A stretch of DNA of 63,904 nucleotides, filler included, from Octopus bimaculoides (GCF_001194135.2; 6 parts of 4 records of this genome joined end to end with filler, not necessarily neighbours in it), one strand, 5' to 3'; positions 25,100 through 40,439 are shown, counted from the first letter of the whole stretch. Notes: generated by a model from the sequence alone, not told the origin. Numbers and translations: made by a program.

Positions 25100-25457
25100 C
25101 AGGTTTTCTCAACCAATATTTTTAAAAATCTCTGGACCCTTTTGATTATTATTTTACTTTAGTCGACCCCATCGCCATTCGATGTTTAAAAACTAGTTTT
25201 ATAGAAACTTCTTTGAAAATTCCTATTTTGTTTCTCTCACATTAACGTTTTATGTATGTTGAACTATATAAAATGATAGAGAAAGAAACCTAACTGTTTC
25301 TTGCAATCACTACCAATAAAATACATCTAAAGCAAAATATTTTCAGATGCCTTTAAAATATCATTGTCGATCCCCAATTTACTATTTTGTTGTGTAGACC
25401 CTCAAAAATGTTATATGGACCCTCGGGGGCCATATGGATTCCGGTTGAGAACAACTA
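25100..25457. mobile_element. hAT-type MITE
   Basis: TIRs caggttttctcaacc (25100-25114) and ggttgagaacaacta (25443-25457) match at 12/15 and resemble CAGTGGTTCTCAACC hAT ends. Repeated subterminal GACCC motifs. No 8-bp TSD visible. Confidence 0.7.
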
Positions 25458-25875
25458 GTGTACATAGTCATCAAAGCGATCGCCATAAAGGAAACTAAAT
25501 TGTCGGATACTAGATAAAGCCGACAACGGTTTTATTACTCATAGGTGAAAGAGGTGAGCAAGTTCGTTTGCGAAGCTGCGCTAGGAAAACATGTACAGGG
25601 TTAATATGCTTATGGTTGATCTGAAAGTAGCAAAGGAAGAGATACCCAGGAACATTATCAACACATGGACTTGTGCATGTGGTTTGTCAAATGAGAGTCT
25701 CGGAGAATTGGTAGAGTCAAATGTAGTCTACCACTAAGTAAATTAACATCCCTGTGCAGTCATATCTATTGTGTAGTTACTATATTTTGTACATTTTACA
25801 CAGACCAATGCATAGAAATATATAAATTACAACTATATGCTGATTTAATCGAAGTAATGGAGACCAAAACATAAG

Positions 25876-26072
25876 CCGTCAAGCTGGCAGAATCGTTACC
25901 ACACCGGACAAAATGCATAGCGGATTTCGTTGTGAGTTTAAATTCCACCGAGGTCGATTTTGATTTTCATCCTTTCGGGTCGATAAAATAAGAACCCGTT
26001 GAATGCTGAGGTCGATGTAATCGACTTAACCTCCCCTGAACCCACTGGATTTGTGCCAAAATTTGAAATCAA
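25876..26072 (+). mobile_element. SINE family B (B1)
   Basis: aagctggcagaatcgttacc...gattttcatcctttcgggtcgataaaataag...tttgtgccaaaatttgaaatc. Confidence 0.85.
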
Positions 26073-26496
26073 AATAACTCCTAACAGACAATATAAGAAA
26101 TAACACAATATATAATTTCTTAATCACTCGTTGAACAAAGTGGTACTGTGGAATTTTACTTGTGCCATAAACACGCAGTCTGTACCTAGAAACTAATCTA
26201 TGCCTTTTTTTATATTTACACATCATAGCTGAGTTATCTACAAATATATATACTAGAAATAGGTACAAATTACACTGTGTAACAACATTTTTATATATAT
26301 ATATATTTTGTCTTTAGTCAGTAAGTGTCATTTTCTATTTGCTTCAATCTAGAAATCAAAGGAAATGACTTCTATTCCCTTGAAACTTTTGCTTTTGTGA
26401 TCAGATATCAATGTTTAAAAAGTGACCTATTTTCCATTTCTCTCGAGACAGATTTAGCGCTAAGTTGCTGAATTTCATAAACATCGTAAAAGCAAA

Positions 26497-26655
26497 TGTT
26501 CTGTCCAATACCACAGATTTGCTTGTCAGTTGCTTGAACTTAACCACTTGAGCACGTCCCTTAATGAGTGCATCTCTGATAATGAGCTGGAGTTGAGTGA
26601 CGGGGGTGGGGCATCATAGTCATGTGTTGAGGGGGATTCTTTGGGATTTGAAAGA
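26497..26655 (-). mobile_element. Fragment of interspersed repeat family H, opposite orientation to 61140-61650
   Basis: ttctgtccaataccacagatttgcttgtcagttgctt is the reverse complement of ~61510-61546. Strand is given relative to that copy. Confidence 0.7.
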
Positions 26656-26716
26656 AAATCATAATAAAAGCAAAGTTTGAAGGAAAAATTAGCCATTTTT
26701 AAAACTTTGTAGAGGT

Positions 26717-27088
26717 TGTTGTTGTTGTTGTTGTTACTCCGTCGCTTACGACGTCGAGGGTTCCAGTTGATCCGATCAACGAAACAGCTTGCTCGGGAAA
26801 TTAACGTGCAAGTGGCTGAGCACTCCACAGACACGTGTACCCTTAACGTAGTTCTCGGGGATATTCAGCGTGACACAGTGTGACAAGGCTGGCCCTTTGA
26901 AATACAGATACAACAGTAACAGGAAGAAAGAGTGAGAGAAAGTTGTGGTGGAAGAGTACAGCAGGTTTCGCTTCCATCCCCTGCCGAAGCCTCGTGGAGC
27001 TTTATGTGTTTTCGCTCGGTCTGAGAATCGAAACCGCGATCCTATGACCGCGAGTCCGCTGCCCTAACCACTGGGCCATTGCGCCTCC
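26717..27088 (-). mobile_element. SINE family A with ~20-bp internal deletion
   Basis: tRNA-like head and (aac)n tail. TSD ctttgtagaggt at 26705-26716 and 27088-27099. Confidence 0.95.
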
Positions 27089-28056
27089 TTTGTAGAGGTA
27101 AGCAAGTAAGAAATAACAGCTGTTACCCAAGGACAAAAAGTGCGTTATACAGTGTTATAATATGCAATAAAATTTATGCGGGGGTCATCGACTGTTTGTT
27201 GTACATTAAAACATAAGTAACGGATGGACACAGACGATAACAGGACATTTCGCTTAGCCTAGTGGGTATTGACGGATGACTCTGTGTAACAACTACGATG
27301 TGATAGTTTAAACACGTCCTAACTAAACAAGAAAATCCGGAGTGCAAACTGATCGTTTTTTTCTATTCTGGATAAATATAATACATTTTACAGAAGTACT
27401 GGATCAGTTTATACTATCTTCTATAGTTTTAGAGTCGTGCCAATATGATAAACGCACAGGATAATTTTTGGTATCCAAAATATTGACTATGGTCGGATAA
27501 AAGTAATGTCGACTACGAATGGATTTAAATTAAGAAAGTCATTCTTCGAAAATGATGAAAATAATTTTCGGTTAGCTTAAAAGAAATAGCTCCAAAATCC
27601 TTCCCATATTACACCTTATTATCTGTAAAATGGAAGGAAATATTGGATTATAACTGTTTTAAATTCGCTGTAAGTGGCTTTTTTATTTTTGCTGTTTTTT
27701 TAGTTTCTCACCTTCTCGGGAGCTAAATATCTGAAAACAACCGATTCCTTTCGGAGAGGGCGAGAGAGATATAGAGGAAGAGAGAGGGAGAGACAGACGG
27801 ACAGACAGACAGACAATGAGAGGNNNNNNNNNNNNNNNNNNNNNNNNNNNNNNNNNNNNNNNNNNNNNNNNNNNNNNNNNNNNNNNNNNNNNNNNNNNNN
27901 NNNNNNNNNNNNNNNNNNNNNNNNNNNNNNNNNNNNNNNNNNNNNNNNNNNNNNNNNNNNNNNNNNNNNNNNNNNNNNNNNNNNNNNNNNNNNNNNNNNN
28001 NNNNNNNNNNNNNNNNNNNNNNNNNNNNNNNNNNNNNNNNNNNNNNNNNNNNNNNN

Positions 28057-28137
<81 letters not shown>

Positions 28138-28549
28138 ATGAAACAGACGAGTGGGAGAGAAGGAAGAATCAACTACAGTACAGAAATTGGACTTTAACTA
28201 ACTCCAAAATGATAAAAGGAAAAGTTGATCGGTGTGGAATTTAACCCGGTGCAGAGGCCAGAACCATTATAGCAAAGAAAAAAAAAACACTCGCTGACAA
28301 TCTCACCACTCAACCAGTCAGCCATCTAATGCAGCGAGTGGATAAATTATGATATAATCACGGCTAGACATTTTTGGATCATAGGTCAGGTAGACAAGGT
28401 TGACCTAGGACTGAATAATAGCGGGAACAATAACATTTAGACCAGCTCTACTGTGCTTACATAATATTAATGTAAATGGAGCGAACTTATTTTCTGCATT
28501 GTATTCTATAGACACTATGTGAATATCTTTCTTTGTATTGAGTGCAATT

Positions 28550-28873
28550 AAGGAACCAGTATTTCACTGGCACTTAATTTATCGACCCTGCAAGTGTGAA
28601 ATCAGAACGTAAGGACGGACGAAATGCCGCTAAGCATTTTACTCGGCCTGCTTATACGATTCTTTTCTACTCGAGGCACGAGGTCCAAAATTTTGGTGGA
28701 TGGGGCCAGTCGATTAGATCGACCCCATTACGCAACCGGTACTTAATTCATCGACCCCAAAGGGATGAAAGACAAGATCGACTTCGGCGGAATTTGAACT
28801 CAGAAATTAAAAACAGATAAAATACTGCTAACCATTTCGCCCGGCGTGCTAACGATTCTGCCAGCTCGCCACC
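28550..28873 (-). mobile_element. Two adjacent SINE family B copies (28550-28663 partial, 28668-28873 full)
   Basis: Both carry gaaat(a/g)c(c/t)gctaa(g/c)cattt. The second has the full head ggtggcgagctggcagaatcgttagc. Confidence 0.88.
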
Positions 28874-30374
28874 TTAAATAGCTTTAAAATAATAATATAA
28901 ATTTAACATTTACAATTCTCCTCTTTTCACTTCTTTTTCCTTGAAAGGACCTAGCCTGAAACAGCAAAATTGTCTTCTATTTATAGTACACACAATTATT
29001 CCCTTCTCAAATGATATTTAATAGAAACTTCACTTAAATTAATGAAATGCTTGTTAGTATTTTCCCTGCAATACGGTTTTAAAACGCTCTCCTGTTCAGA
29101 CGATTATTTTATTTATTTCTTAAAGTGTACTTCATCTTTTAAGCAGATTTCTTCTTGATTAAATATTCATTTGTAGTTATTTCAACATTACTAAAGAAGA
29201 AATTTGTTTACTATTTGTCAACATTGTAGGTGAAAAGTCCACTTACTACAAGATAGCCTTTAAAACAGTCCAATATGTAATTTGCTTTCAGAGAGGATTA
29301 CGAATAACGATCGATCAATCACAGCAAACAACAACAAAAACGAAGACTACAATTAAATTTTAGTTTTGTTCGTTCATTGGTTGAGACAAAAATCCAGCTA
29401 CTTGCAATGTGCTTTTTCATGTTCAGTCAAAAAACTAAATAAATAAAAAGTAATTCTTATTTTTCATTTGTCTTCCTCCTTGAAAATTTCGTCTGAAAAT
29501 AAGAAACAACACTCTATGAAGAAAATGGAGGAAAAGAGGAAAGAAAAAGGAAAACATTCCATGAATGTCTTCTAAACTGTAAATATTTTACATTTAAAAG
29601 GAACGTCTCGCTTCGTAAAATGTGTAATGTTTAATTTGTTTACCTCGGGCTATGTCATGCTGACAATTTCAAATAAGAATGAAAGGGTGCTATATATGAT
29701 TACCTATTACTAGAAATTTTTAAAATGTTTGTAATATGTAAGAAAATATGATTAACAACAGGCTGGAGGTTGGTAATCAATATATTATTTAGCTACGTCT
29801 GGATGCGTGTAGGTTCATTCTTAATAACATGCTCATGTATTACTTATAACAAAAAAAAAATAAAATAAAGAGGAAAAAAAGAAGGATAAAAAAGGGAAGA
29901 TGCCCGTATAACACATAACTTAGAAGCAGCGCTACAGATGTACCAACACACACGAGATTGAGACATAGCCGACCTCACGCACTTCTCATGAGGAATGCCG
30001 GAAGGAGCTTCGTGAGACCACTACTGAGGCAATTCCGGAAAAAGAAAAGCCGTTGGAAAACAGATTATAGCAGCAACTCCATCTAAAAATATATGAAGAC
30101 GGAATTGTATTCCGAAATATCATCGGACTATAGATAACTAAATTACAACAGGTATATAGTCCATTTTTTGAAATTATAGTGCATTGTTGTACCATTCAAA
30201 ACTTTTTATTCTTTACGATTAAATCTATACATTCTCTGAATTTTTTTTAGTCCTTAGAGTTAGAATTCAAACTTTTAATCCCGCCTAGATTTATCTAAAA
30301 ATGGCTATCTATCTCACAGTAACCGGCCACCAGAATACACGGCATGTAAGTAATATCGAGCTTATTTGAAAAGG

Positions 30375-30659
30375 AAGGAGGCATGGTCTATTAGTCAGGT
30401 TACTGTACTCACGATCTCGAGATCGTGGTTTCAATTCCTGAAACGGGTGGTACGTTGTGTTGTTGAAGAAAACACATCATCTCACGCTGCTTTGCGATCA
30501 CTTCGACACCTTATTTGTGGTACACCGTACACTTGTTCACACAACGCTGGTTTGATGGAAATTTGATACAACATGTTCATTTGATCGTTATAGACAAGTC
30601 CTATGTGCAGATTACTCAGAAAGAAATTGTACATCCAACTCCCTCGAATTATGAGAAAT
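30375..30659 (+). mobile_element. tRNA-derived SINE family G, degenerate, with (CAT)n/(CCA)n tail region
   Basis: Head ggaggcatggtctattagtc...gtggtttcaattcctg then gttgtgttgttgaagaaaacac, sharing a 5' part with families E and F. Confidence 0.6.
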
Positions 30660-30735
30660 CATCATCATCCTCATCATCATCAGCAGCACCACCAGCACCA
30701 CCAGCACCACCACCACCATCATCACCACCACCACC

Positions 30736-30769
<34 letters not shown>

Positions 30770-32314
30770 TCTATGAGGAATATTGGCATGACAAAAATTG
30801 GAGTATCCGTCCACGCGAGTTTATATATACAACTTCATTGATTTATCTCACGTCAACATGACACATATTTCGGTGATGGGATTCGTAGATCTAATTAACT
30901 TCTGGAGTAGACTAGTAATTCTTATATCGAACACCGAAAGACGGAAAGTAATGTTGACATCGGAGGGATTTGAAATCTAAAGGGAAGCAAAGCACACCGC
31001 AAGGTATTTTGTTCACTCTTTAACGATTGATACTCTTGGGCCTTCACTTTCACAGATATCCATCTATATAATATTATGATGCGGTATACATATGTTGTGC
31101 CTAAAGAACGAAAACGATGACATTAACTGCTATACATACGCGCGTGCATACATACATACATACATACATACATACATAGATATATACATAAATACATACA
31201 CACATACATACTCAAATTCATACATGCATACATAGAGACATACATATATAAATTACATACAAACTCAAATACATACATAAATACATACATGCATGCATAC
31301 ATGCAAACACAAACACTCGCACACACAAACATCTATGTGTATATATAACGTTTATTGATTTAATCAACAAAAGTTACAAAGTGACTCAATGTCTGGAAGT
31401 TTTAATTATCTTGTTCTACCAAACCTATATACATGCAGGCGAGTGTGTATGTGTGTGTGTGTGTGTTATTCTTTCTATACAATCTCCATCATTTTAAAAA
31501 CAGTCATGATGAAGAGATGAAAGCCCAAATAGAAAAGATATTTCTCCATAAAAACAATAACGAAAATGTCATGTTCAACCACAATCTTGCTTTCGAAATA
31601 TCCATTCAAATTGAGTGTCATAGGAACAGATTCATCCCTCCGGATGATATGTCTCAGAAATGCGCTTCTGTTTAGAGAGAAGACGACTACAGATGACATC
31701 GAAATAAGCCGGTTAAGATTAACGGAAAGTACATTTAAAACCCGATATATACTTCTTCAAGATATTGACAAGATCAACTTTATCCCTTTCCGAAAAATGT
31801 CCAGAAGTCGAAAGAGAGCAGAGGTAATATTTTTATCGGTAAAAATATCGGTGAAACTGCAACTTCATATACTAAGTGTTCAATGTGAGATGCAAACTAC
31901 GCCTCACAGAAGAATATAATCCTTTGCTATAACTCATCAATATCATGAAAAAGTGACCCGAAATATTTGCTGCATGCAAACATGTGAAGAAATTCACCCT
32001 GAATGCAATTCTTCTCTACAATACCTCACTAATCACTTAACCCCAACCAACACTTTCGTAAAAGTACCTCTTCATCCAGTAGCACAAGTAACAAACAGGT
32101 TTACTATTTTCATGTTAATTCTCCTTAATCTATCAAAACATAGACAGTTCTGTTATCATCTTCATTGTGTATATTAACAATTTACATGTTAGTATTGCTG
32201 GAAATATTAATGGAATTAAAAAAAAGATATTCAAGGTAATGGCCAATAGGCAAAAACGTTGGAACTTTGAGAGGTTTAGTCGACCTAATCGTCAAATCTG
32301 ATACTTATTCTAGC

Positions 32315-32640
32315 AAAGGCGCATGGCTCAGTGGTTAGAGTGTCGAGCTCACTATCATGAGGTAGTGAGTTCGATTCCAGGACCGGGCTGTGCGTTGTGT
32401 TTTTGAGCAAGACACTTTATTTTACGTTGCTCCAGCTCACTCAGTTGTAGAAATGAGTGGCAACGTCATTGGTGCCATGCTGTTTTGGCCTTTGTCTTTC
32501 TCTTGAATAACATTGGAAGAGGGGAGGCTGCTATGCATGGGTGACTACTGGTCTTCCATAAACAACTTTTCCTGAACTGTGTCTCGGAGGATAACTTTCT
32601 AGGTGCATTTCTATGGTTATTTGTGACAGAAGGGCTTCTT
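32315..32640 (+). mobile_element. tRNA-derived SINE family E
   Basis: A box TGGCTCAGTGG, B box GAGTTCGATTCC, CORE-like ttgagcaagacact and a unique 3' body. Confidence 0.8.
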
Positions 32641-32652
32641 CACACGTTTTTT

Positions 32653-33388
<736 letters not shown>

Positions 33389-36300
33389 GTCTAATACACA
33401 ATCCACTGTCACATACATACACTTGTACCTACCCCTTATAGTTTAGGATTGTGTACTTGTGCTTGTTTTGTGTTTGTTTTTGGAAATGGTGACTGAGACT
33501 GACCTCCAGATAAACACCATATCTGACATCGTCTTTAATCCGCGCTGGTCAACTTATAATAGGTGAAAGGCAATGTTTTACCCAGTGGGATTTAAATTTA
33601 GAAATGCAGACGGCCGAAATGAAACATTGCCAAGTTAGGAATTGATTATTTTTTTCCTGATAGACAAAAGGACTTATGTCTTTACGAGTGCAAGTTGAAT
33701 GGGATGATGCGTGGTTCAAATCTTGACTGATCGATAGACTACGTTTCAGAAATACATTTCAGTTAATTCAACCAATTATGTTTGTCTCTTACAAATAACG
33801 ACCCCTGGACCGGGAGAAGAAACCTTTATTGATTTTATCGTTTAACCGTCGCTCTCAGCTTGACCTTTTTGTCTTCATTTCTGTCATTTTTTTTTTAATT
33901 AGATTCTTCAATATTTTTTCCTTATTAATTTTTAAGGCAGGAGGGAATAGTTTGGGGAGGATGCGGTGATTAAACTACGCAGGCAGGTCAAGACGATGGC
34001 TGCATCGTAAAATCGTGTTTTCGAGTAAGATCAGGGGTTACACAACAACAGCAGCCAGCACTACAATGTTCGAAGGGAAGCAATAACCACCACCACCACC
34101 ACCACCACCATCACCACCACCACCACCACCACCACCANNNNNNNNNNNNNNNNNNNNNNNNNNNNNNNNNNNNNNNNNNNNNNNNNNNNNNNNNNNNNNN
34201 NNNNNNNNNNNNNNNNNNNNNNNNNNNNNNNNNNNNNNNNNNNNNNNNNNNNNNNNNNNNNNNNNNNNNNNNNNNNNNNNNNNNNNNNNNNNNNNNNNNN
34301 NNNNNNNNNNNNNNNNNNNNNNNNNNNNNNNNNNNNNNNNNNNNNNNNNNNNNNNNNNNNNNNNNNNNNNNNNNNNNNNNNNNNNNNNNNNNNNNNNNNN
34401 NNNNNNNNNNNNNNNNNNNNNNNNNNNNNNNNNNNNNNNNNNNNNNNNNNNNNNNNNNNNNNNNNNNNNNNNNNNNNNNNNNNNNNNNNNNNNNNNNNNN
34501 NNNNNNNNNNNNNNNNNNNNNNNNNNNNNNNNNNNNNNNNNNNNNNNNNNNNNNNNNNNNNNNNNNNNNNNNNNNNNNNNNNNNNNNNNNNNNNNNNNNN
34601 NNNNNNNNNNNNNNNNNNNNNNNNNNNNNNNNNNNNNNNNNNNNNNNNNNNNNNNNNNNNNNNNNNNNNNNNNNNNNNNNNNNNNNNNNNNNNNNNNNNN
34701 NNNNNNNNNNNNNNNNNNNNNNNNNNNNNNNNNNNNNNNNNNNNNNNNNNNNNNNNNNNNNNNNNNNNNNNNNNNNNNNNNNNNNNNNNNNNNNNNACCA
34801 CCACCACCACCACTACTACTACTACTAAAATTGATTTCTTGCAGTGGAAAAAAAATGAATAAGGAACTTAATGAATGATGCAGAAGGTACTGTAGTAAAT
34901 AGAGAACGCATATCCGGTAGTCTATTTGATATAAGGGCCACTCTCCCCTGCAGCTCCATTGACGCAAAGTGGCGGCATGCCATTGTCGAGGGAACAATTA
35001 AACGTTGAAGATGCGAAATGCAACTCGCACTTCTTCGTCTCCCATTGACTCTCCCCTGCAATAAATTACCCCGGCTCTTCTATGCCGCCCTTTGCCTGAA
35101 CAGGTCACCTCAAGGACCGGTATCCTTTGCACCTATCAAGGCGAAGAAGCTCAATCACTGACTAGAGATCTATTACACGGATACAAGTTAACGCTACCGC
35201 CGACGATGATCCAAATGAAACTACAAAATGAAAGTCGGCGTGATTTGAACTTAGAGCGGATAGACATCTGATGAGTCTTTGTTTCTTTTCCACCTTCTCA
35301 CCTTGGAACATTGGTTGACGAGAAATTTTCATTTAACATAGTTACAACCCTTGTCTTAGGCTTGCTTCAAGGCCAGGTTCGTAACTGCAAAGCCCTCCTT
35401 CGCACACAGATGTAGGCAAAACAAAACTTTCCCAGAATTTCTACGGGAGTGGTAGATACGTATTTCGCTGCATTTGCAGCTGATCAATACCACGCATTCA
35501 AGGCACTTCCGAAACGAAATCGAAATCTTGAGCGTGAACTACATACAGACCGTGTGAAATCTATTTTCTGATTCGCAATAGCGCTACACAAGTAGAATAA
35601 ATTCAGATTATGCAATAGAAGATTTCTCTGTCGTATAAAACTATACCAATACCACATACTCAAAGAACCTGTCTTGTTTAAACGCTCGGAGCTGCGGTTT
35701 GCCTGTATTAATCTCCATCACCGCACAGCAATCAGTGTTAGTCTCTTTTCATTCTGTAACAAAGCAGTTCAGCAAAATGGAAGATAGATTTATTACGACA
35801 AGTTAAAAAATAAGTTCTGGTGATCCTTTGTTCGACAAAAGATCTTCCAGACGGTACCTCAAAATGGCCGCAGTCCAAGGACTGAAACATTTCAAAGAAC
35901 ATACATAAATTATAATAACTGGCTCAACCTGGTACAGAATCTCAGAAAGTTCATTGTCGAAATATTCAGTGACATTCTTAGCTTAAATATCAGCAAGTCG
36001 AATTCGCATTTTATCCTTAATGGTTAGGTAAAAAAAAAAAAAAAATTGTAATGAAGTATTAATGTCTATGTAATCATCAAAGATCTAGCAGTTCAAATCA
36101 GCGGTCTTGTATACAAATATAAAAACCACTGTTATATCCAAGACACAAAGGCAACCGATGGTTGACTCGGTAGAGTGCCGGGCGAACTGTTTTACAGCAT
36201 TTAGTAACGTCCTATAACGTTCTGAGTTCGAATTTCGCTAAATCCCTCTATGTATTTCATTGTTACGGGGTTAATAAAAGAATAGTGATAACTATATTCT

Positions 36301-36498
36301 TTTCCTCAATATTTGTGTTCTGTAATTATGTCAGGAATCATAATTATGTGAGTGGAAGATGATCATTTTTCTAAGATGTTTTTTTTTTTTTTTTGTTCTG
36401 TGGTTTTACTTCAGACGTCCGGCCAAAATAGCTTTACTGCAACAAATGTTTGCCAACAGGATGAACAGTAAAAATACACAGACAAACACACACACACG

Positions 36499-36546
<48 letters not shown>

Positions 36547-36983
36547 CACACACACACACATGCACACAAACATGCACACATACATGCACACAAAACACAG
36601 CTAACCACTGAAACAAACAAGCAAATTACTTTGAAGTCTTAGGTGACTTGAAAAAGTCTTTAGAAGCAGATAAAGATAGATAAATTTTGAAACAGATATT
36701 CTGCCAAAGGAGAACGGACTAAAGCAAGCATCCAGTTACGTCATCATTATAGAAGCGCTATCATTTTTGTTGTCTTGCTAAAGTTACTCATTCTAGACGT
36801 CTGAAGTGGTTTTTATTCTGTTTATGGTTCCAGTGAATTTATTTGGTTTTCTGCAAAACAAAAACGTTGAAACGCTTCCATATTCTGAAGCTGCGCCAGT
36901 TGCCATTTACAAATAAAAAAATAAATAAAAGAGAGAAAACAAAGAAACAACGAGAAAAAGAATAGCTGCTGTTTTCTCAATGA

Positions 36984-37043
<60 letters not shown>

Positions 37044-37209
37044 CATTATTATTATTATTATTATTGTTATTGGGATTGAATAGTGTGTTTGTAATGAAAA
37101 AGGAAAACTGAACATCTAAAATATCTAAAACTGAAAACTTTCTCTATGGCGAGCTGGAAGTGGTGGTGGTGGTGCTAAAATTGACAAAATATTGGCAATA
37201 GCATAAATG

Positions 37210-37288
<79 letters not shown>

Positions 37289-37789
37289 TATATTTATATA
37301 TATATAGGCATATATATAGTATATATTATATATATGTGTGTATATATATGTATCTATATACACATATTTACATATATACATACATACACATACACATATA
37401 TATATATGCAGTTATAGATATGAGATAAACTTAAATGTATGTATATATATATGTACATATATATATATATATATTCTTATATGTGTATGTGTAAATATGA
37501 ATACATATATGTAAATATTTGTATATGTATATACACACACACACTCACACACATATATATATATATATATATATTGTGAAAGAGAGAGAGGAGAGAGAGA
37601 AAGAAGAGAGAGAGAGAGAGAATGGGGAGGAACGGGAGATGTAAATTACTGCAGAAACATAAAAAGATATGACTAGACAACGAGAATATAAGAGCTGGGA
37701 TTCAGGGGGATTACTAAAATGTACAAAAGATACAAAAGGAGAGAAAAAGGCACCTTCTTCACATACACCAAAACCTTTACCGCCCACCA

Positions 37790-37864
37790 CTACCGCCACC
37801 ACTACCCCAACCCCGATCCACCTCATCGTCATCGTCGTCGTCGGCGGCGTCTTCATCATCGCCG

Positions 37865-37900
<36 letters not shown>

Positions 37901-38038
37901 CCATCGCTTTCGTATCATCTTTGCCGCTGCCCATAAGAGAAACAGAAACACCAATTTCAAGAGCAATAACAGTGCAAACAAAAAGCGCACAGCGAAAAAA
38001 AAAAGGAACAAAATCAAGCAAAAAAAAGAAAAGAAAAG

Positions 38039-38098
<60 letters not shown>

Positions 38099-38260
38099 CG
38101 GTAATAATAGCAATAACAACAATAACAACAATAACCCCTGACTACAAGAAGAAAACAACACAAATACAAAACGAAGCACAAACAAAAGAACAAAAATGAA
38201 AAGCGTAACATCAATAGCAGTAATTGCAACAACAAAATACAACAACAAAATACAACAACA
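37790..38260. repeat. (CAT)n/(CAA)n low-complexity region
   Basis: Read directly. It is the source of the poly-T/N/H/L ORFs. Confidence 0.9.
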
Positions 38261-38910
38261 ACTCAAACCACTACTCTTGCTGGTATCTCTGTCGCCGTCG
38301 TCGTTGTAACGAGAAAACGATTGTTTTGCTAATCAGATTAAACAAAGTAATCAATTGTACCATTTGTTAGAAGTACCAATAGTATTTACCTCAAAGACTA
38401 TCATTGTTGACAGAATTGGCAAAGTTTCCTGTTTTTGTATTTCGGTTTGTGTTTAATTTATTCTTGTTATTGTTGTTTCTGTTTTAGTTATTGTCTAGCC
38501 TTGCCCAAAACTTTCCTTCTGTCCGCCATAATCTCTAATGTTCCAATTCCTCCTTGTTCATTGGAAAAAATCGTTTGTTTTCTTTTTGGTTTTTGGTTTT
38601 ATTATTCTGTTTATATTTTTCTTGATGGTATTACGGTTTATGAAGTACCCTATCAAATATTGCCTTCTTTCTTTTTTTTCCTTTTTTTCTTTCTTCCCTT
38701 CTTTCTTTCTTCCTTTCTTTCTTTCATTTCTTTCTTTTTGTTTCCTACTCGGCATAAAAGATCACGTGATATTTATAGGAAGTGAGCACAAAATAAGACC
38801 GAATTGGTGTCAAGCAGAGATTAAAAGTATGTCCAAAAAGCTGTAAGATGAAATTTTTCTCCCTGCTGTTTTGTTTGCCGTTACTTATATCATATTTAAT
38901 AAAACGTTGA

Positions 38911-39407
38911 AATCTCACTCACGTCACCTTCGTATTTCATCCATTCGAGCTCAATAAAATAAATTGCCAATTACTTTACTTTCCAGCACACACGTCGAAT
39001 TTTTCAGACCAAAAGTTACAGCCAACATAAAGTAATTCGACTTATACAACAAGACGAATTTGGAGGACCAGTCTCGCCCGGGTTTCCTTTACGTTTCATC
39101 CATTCAGGGTAGATAAAATAAATTGTCAATTACTATAATTTTCAGCATACACGTCGAATCTTTCAGACCAGAAGGAACAGCCAAAATAAAGTAGGCCGAC
39201 TTATAGAACAAGACGAATTTGGAGGATCAGTCTCGCTCGAGTCACATTCACATCTCATCCAATCGAATTCGATAAAACGGAGTGCTAATTACTATACTTT
39301 CCAACAAACACGTCGAATTTTTCAGTCCAAAAGCTTGTCAACCTTTTCTTCGGACTTTTTTTTTTTCAGTAGGTTGACTTATATACGAAGACAAATTCGG
39401 AGGACCA
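38911..39407 (+). repeat. Three tandem ~159-bp units
   Basis: The catcc motif lies at 38938, 39097 and 39256. Shared cacgtcgaat(t/c)tttcag and cgacttata...gaggacca motifs. Confidence 0.93.
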
Positions 39408-39580
39408 AAATCTTCATGTGAAATACATGATTTAGAAAGACAGTAACAATGTTTGAAAGTTTACACTTTATATTTACACCATTATAGTATCATTATATAC
39501 TATGCAGGAAATACGGTTAGTATTGGGGGCTGTGACATAGACTAACGTCCCCTCCTCAAAATTGCAGGCCGTGTACCTAA

Positions 39581-39765
39581 ATTAGACACTGAGCGAAATG
39601 CTTAGCGGTATTTCGTCTGTCGTTACGTTTTGAGTGCAAATTGCGCCGAGGTCGACTTTGCCTTTTATCTTCTCGGGGTGAAATAGGTACTATTTGAGCA
39701 CTGGGGTCGATGTAAGCGGCTTAATTCCTTTGTCTGTCCTTGTTTGTCTCCTCTAAATAAATAAA
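39581..39765 (+). mobile_element. SINE family B (B2), 5'-truncated, preceded by a B1 tail fragment
   Basis: gaaatgcttagcggtatttcgtctg...gaggtcgactttgcctttt...tgtctgtccttgtttgtctcctct. Confidence 0.85.
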
Positions 39766-39807
39766 TATATATATATATATATATACATACATACATACAT
39801 ACATACA

Positions 39808-39843
<36 letters not shown>

Positions 39844-40439
39844 TATNNNNNNNNNNNNNNNNNNNNNNNNNNNNNNNNNNNNNNNNNNNNTTAATTAATT
39901 AANNNNNNNNNNNNNNNNNNNNNNNNNNNNNNNNNNNNNNNNNNNNTATATATATATATATATGTATGTATATATATACATGTATATATTTGTATGTATC
40001 TTTATGTGCGTGTGTATGTGTGTGCTACTTATAGTATCACTATAGTTTAAATAGGATTGGCAGCACATTCATTCTATAGTATTCTTTTCAGGAAAAGAGA
40101 GACTTCGAGTTTTCCAACGGGGTGCTACGTGGTCTGACGACTGGTCCTGAGTGGATAAATGGTATATATCAGTAGCGTATGGAGGGACGCCAGGAGCTTC
40201 TACTCTGAGGAGCGGCTAATAAACTTTGAAAGGGTCCACCACAGGAAATTCTCTTCTATTCCTCTGATAACAGTAGAATAGAAGTATTTAAATGGTTTTT
40301 CCACCTACAGTGATATTCTATGATGTTTACATGTATTTCAGTTTATAGGATTTAAGTGTTCTGCATAAATAGCTATAGCTTAATTACTGTCGAGCAATCA
40401 AATCCACAAATATGTAAATACAACTAGTTCCCTTGTTTT

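Noticed and set aside
33941-33973. EGIVWGGCGD after an AG, resembling the Wnt WGGC motif
   Set aside because: A stop codon follows immediately and there are no other Wnt motifs nearby, so this is a chance match.
38911-39407. Regularly spaced repeats as a possible CRISPR-like array
   Set aside because: The units are similar along their whole length with no unique spacers, the context is eukaryotic, and there are no cas genes.
40092-40161. 70-nt AG/GT-bounded segment (EKRDFEFSNGVLRGLTTGPEWIN)
   Set aside because: Modest donor, and it lies just upstream of the Penelope-like region, so it is more likely decayed transposon sequence.
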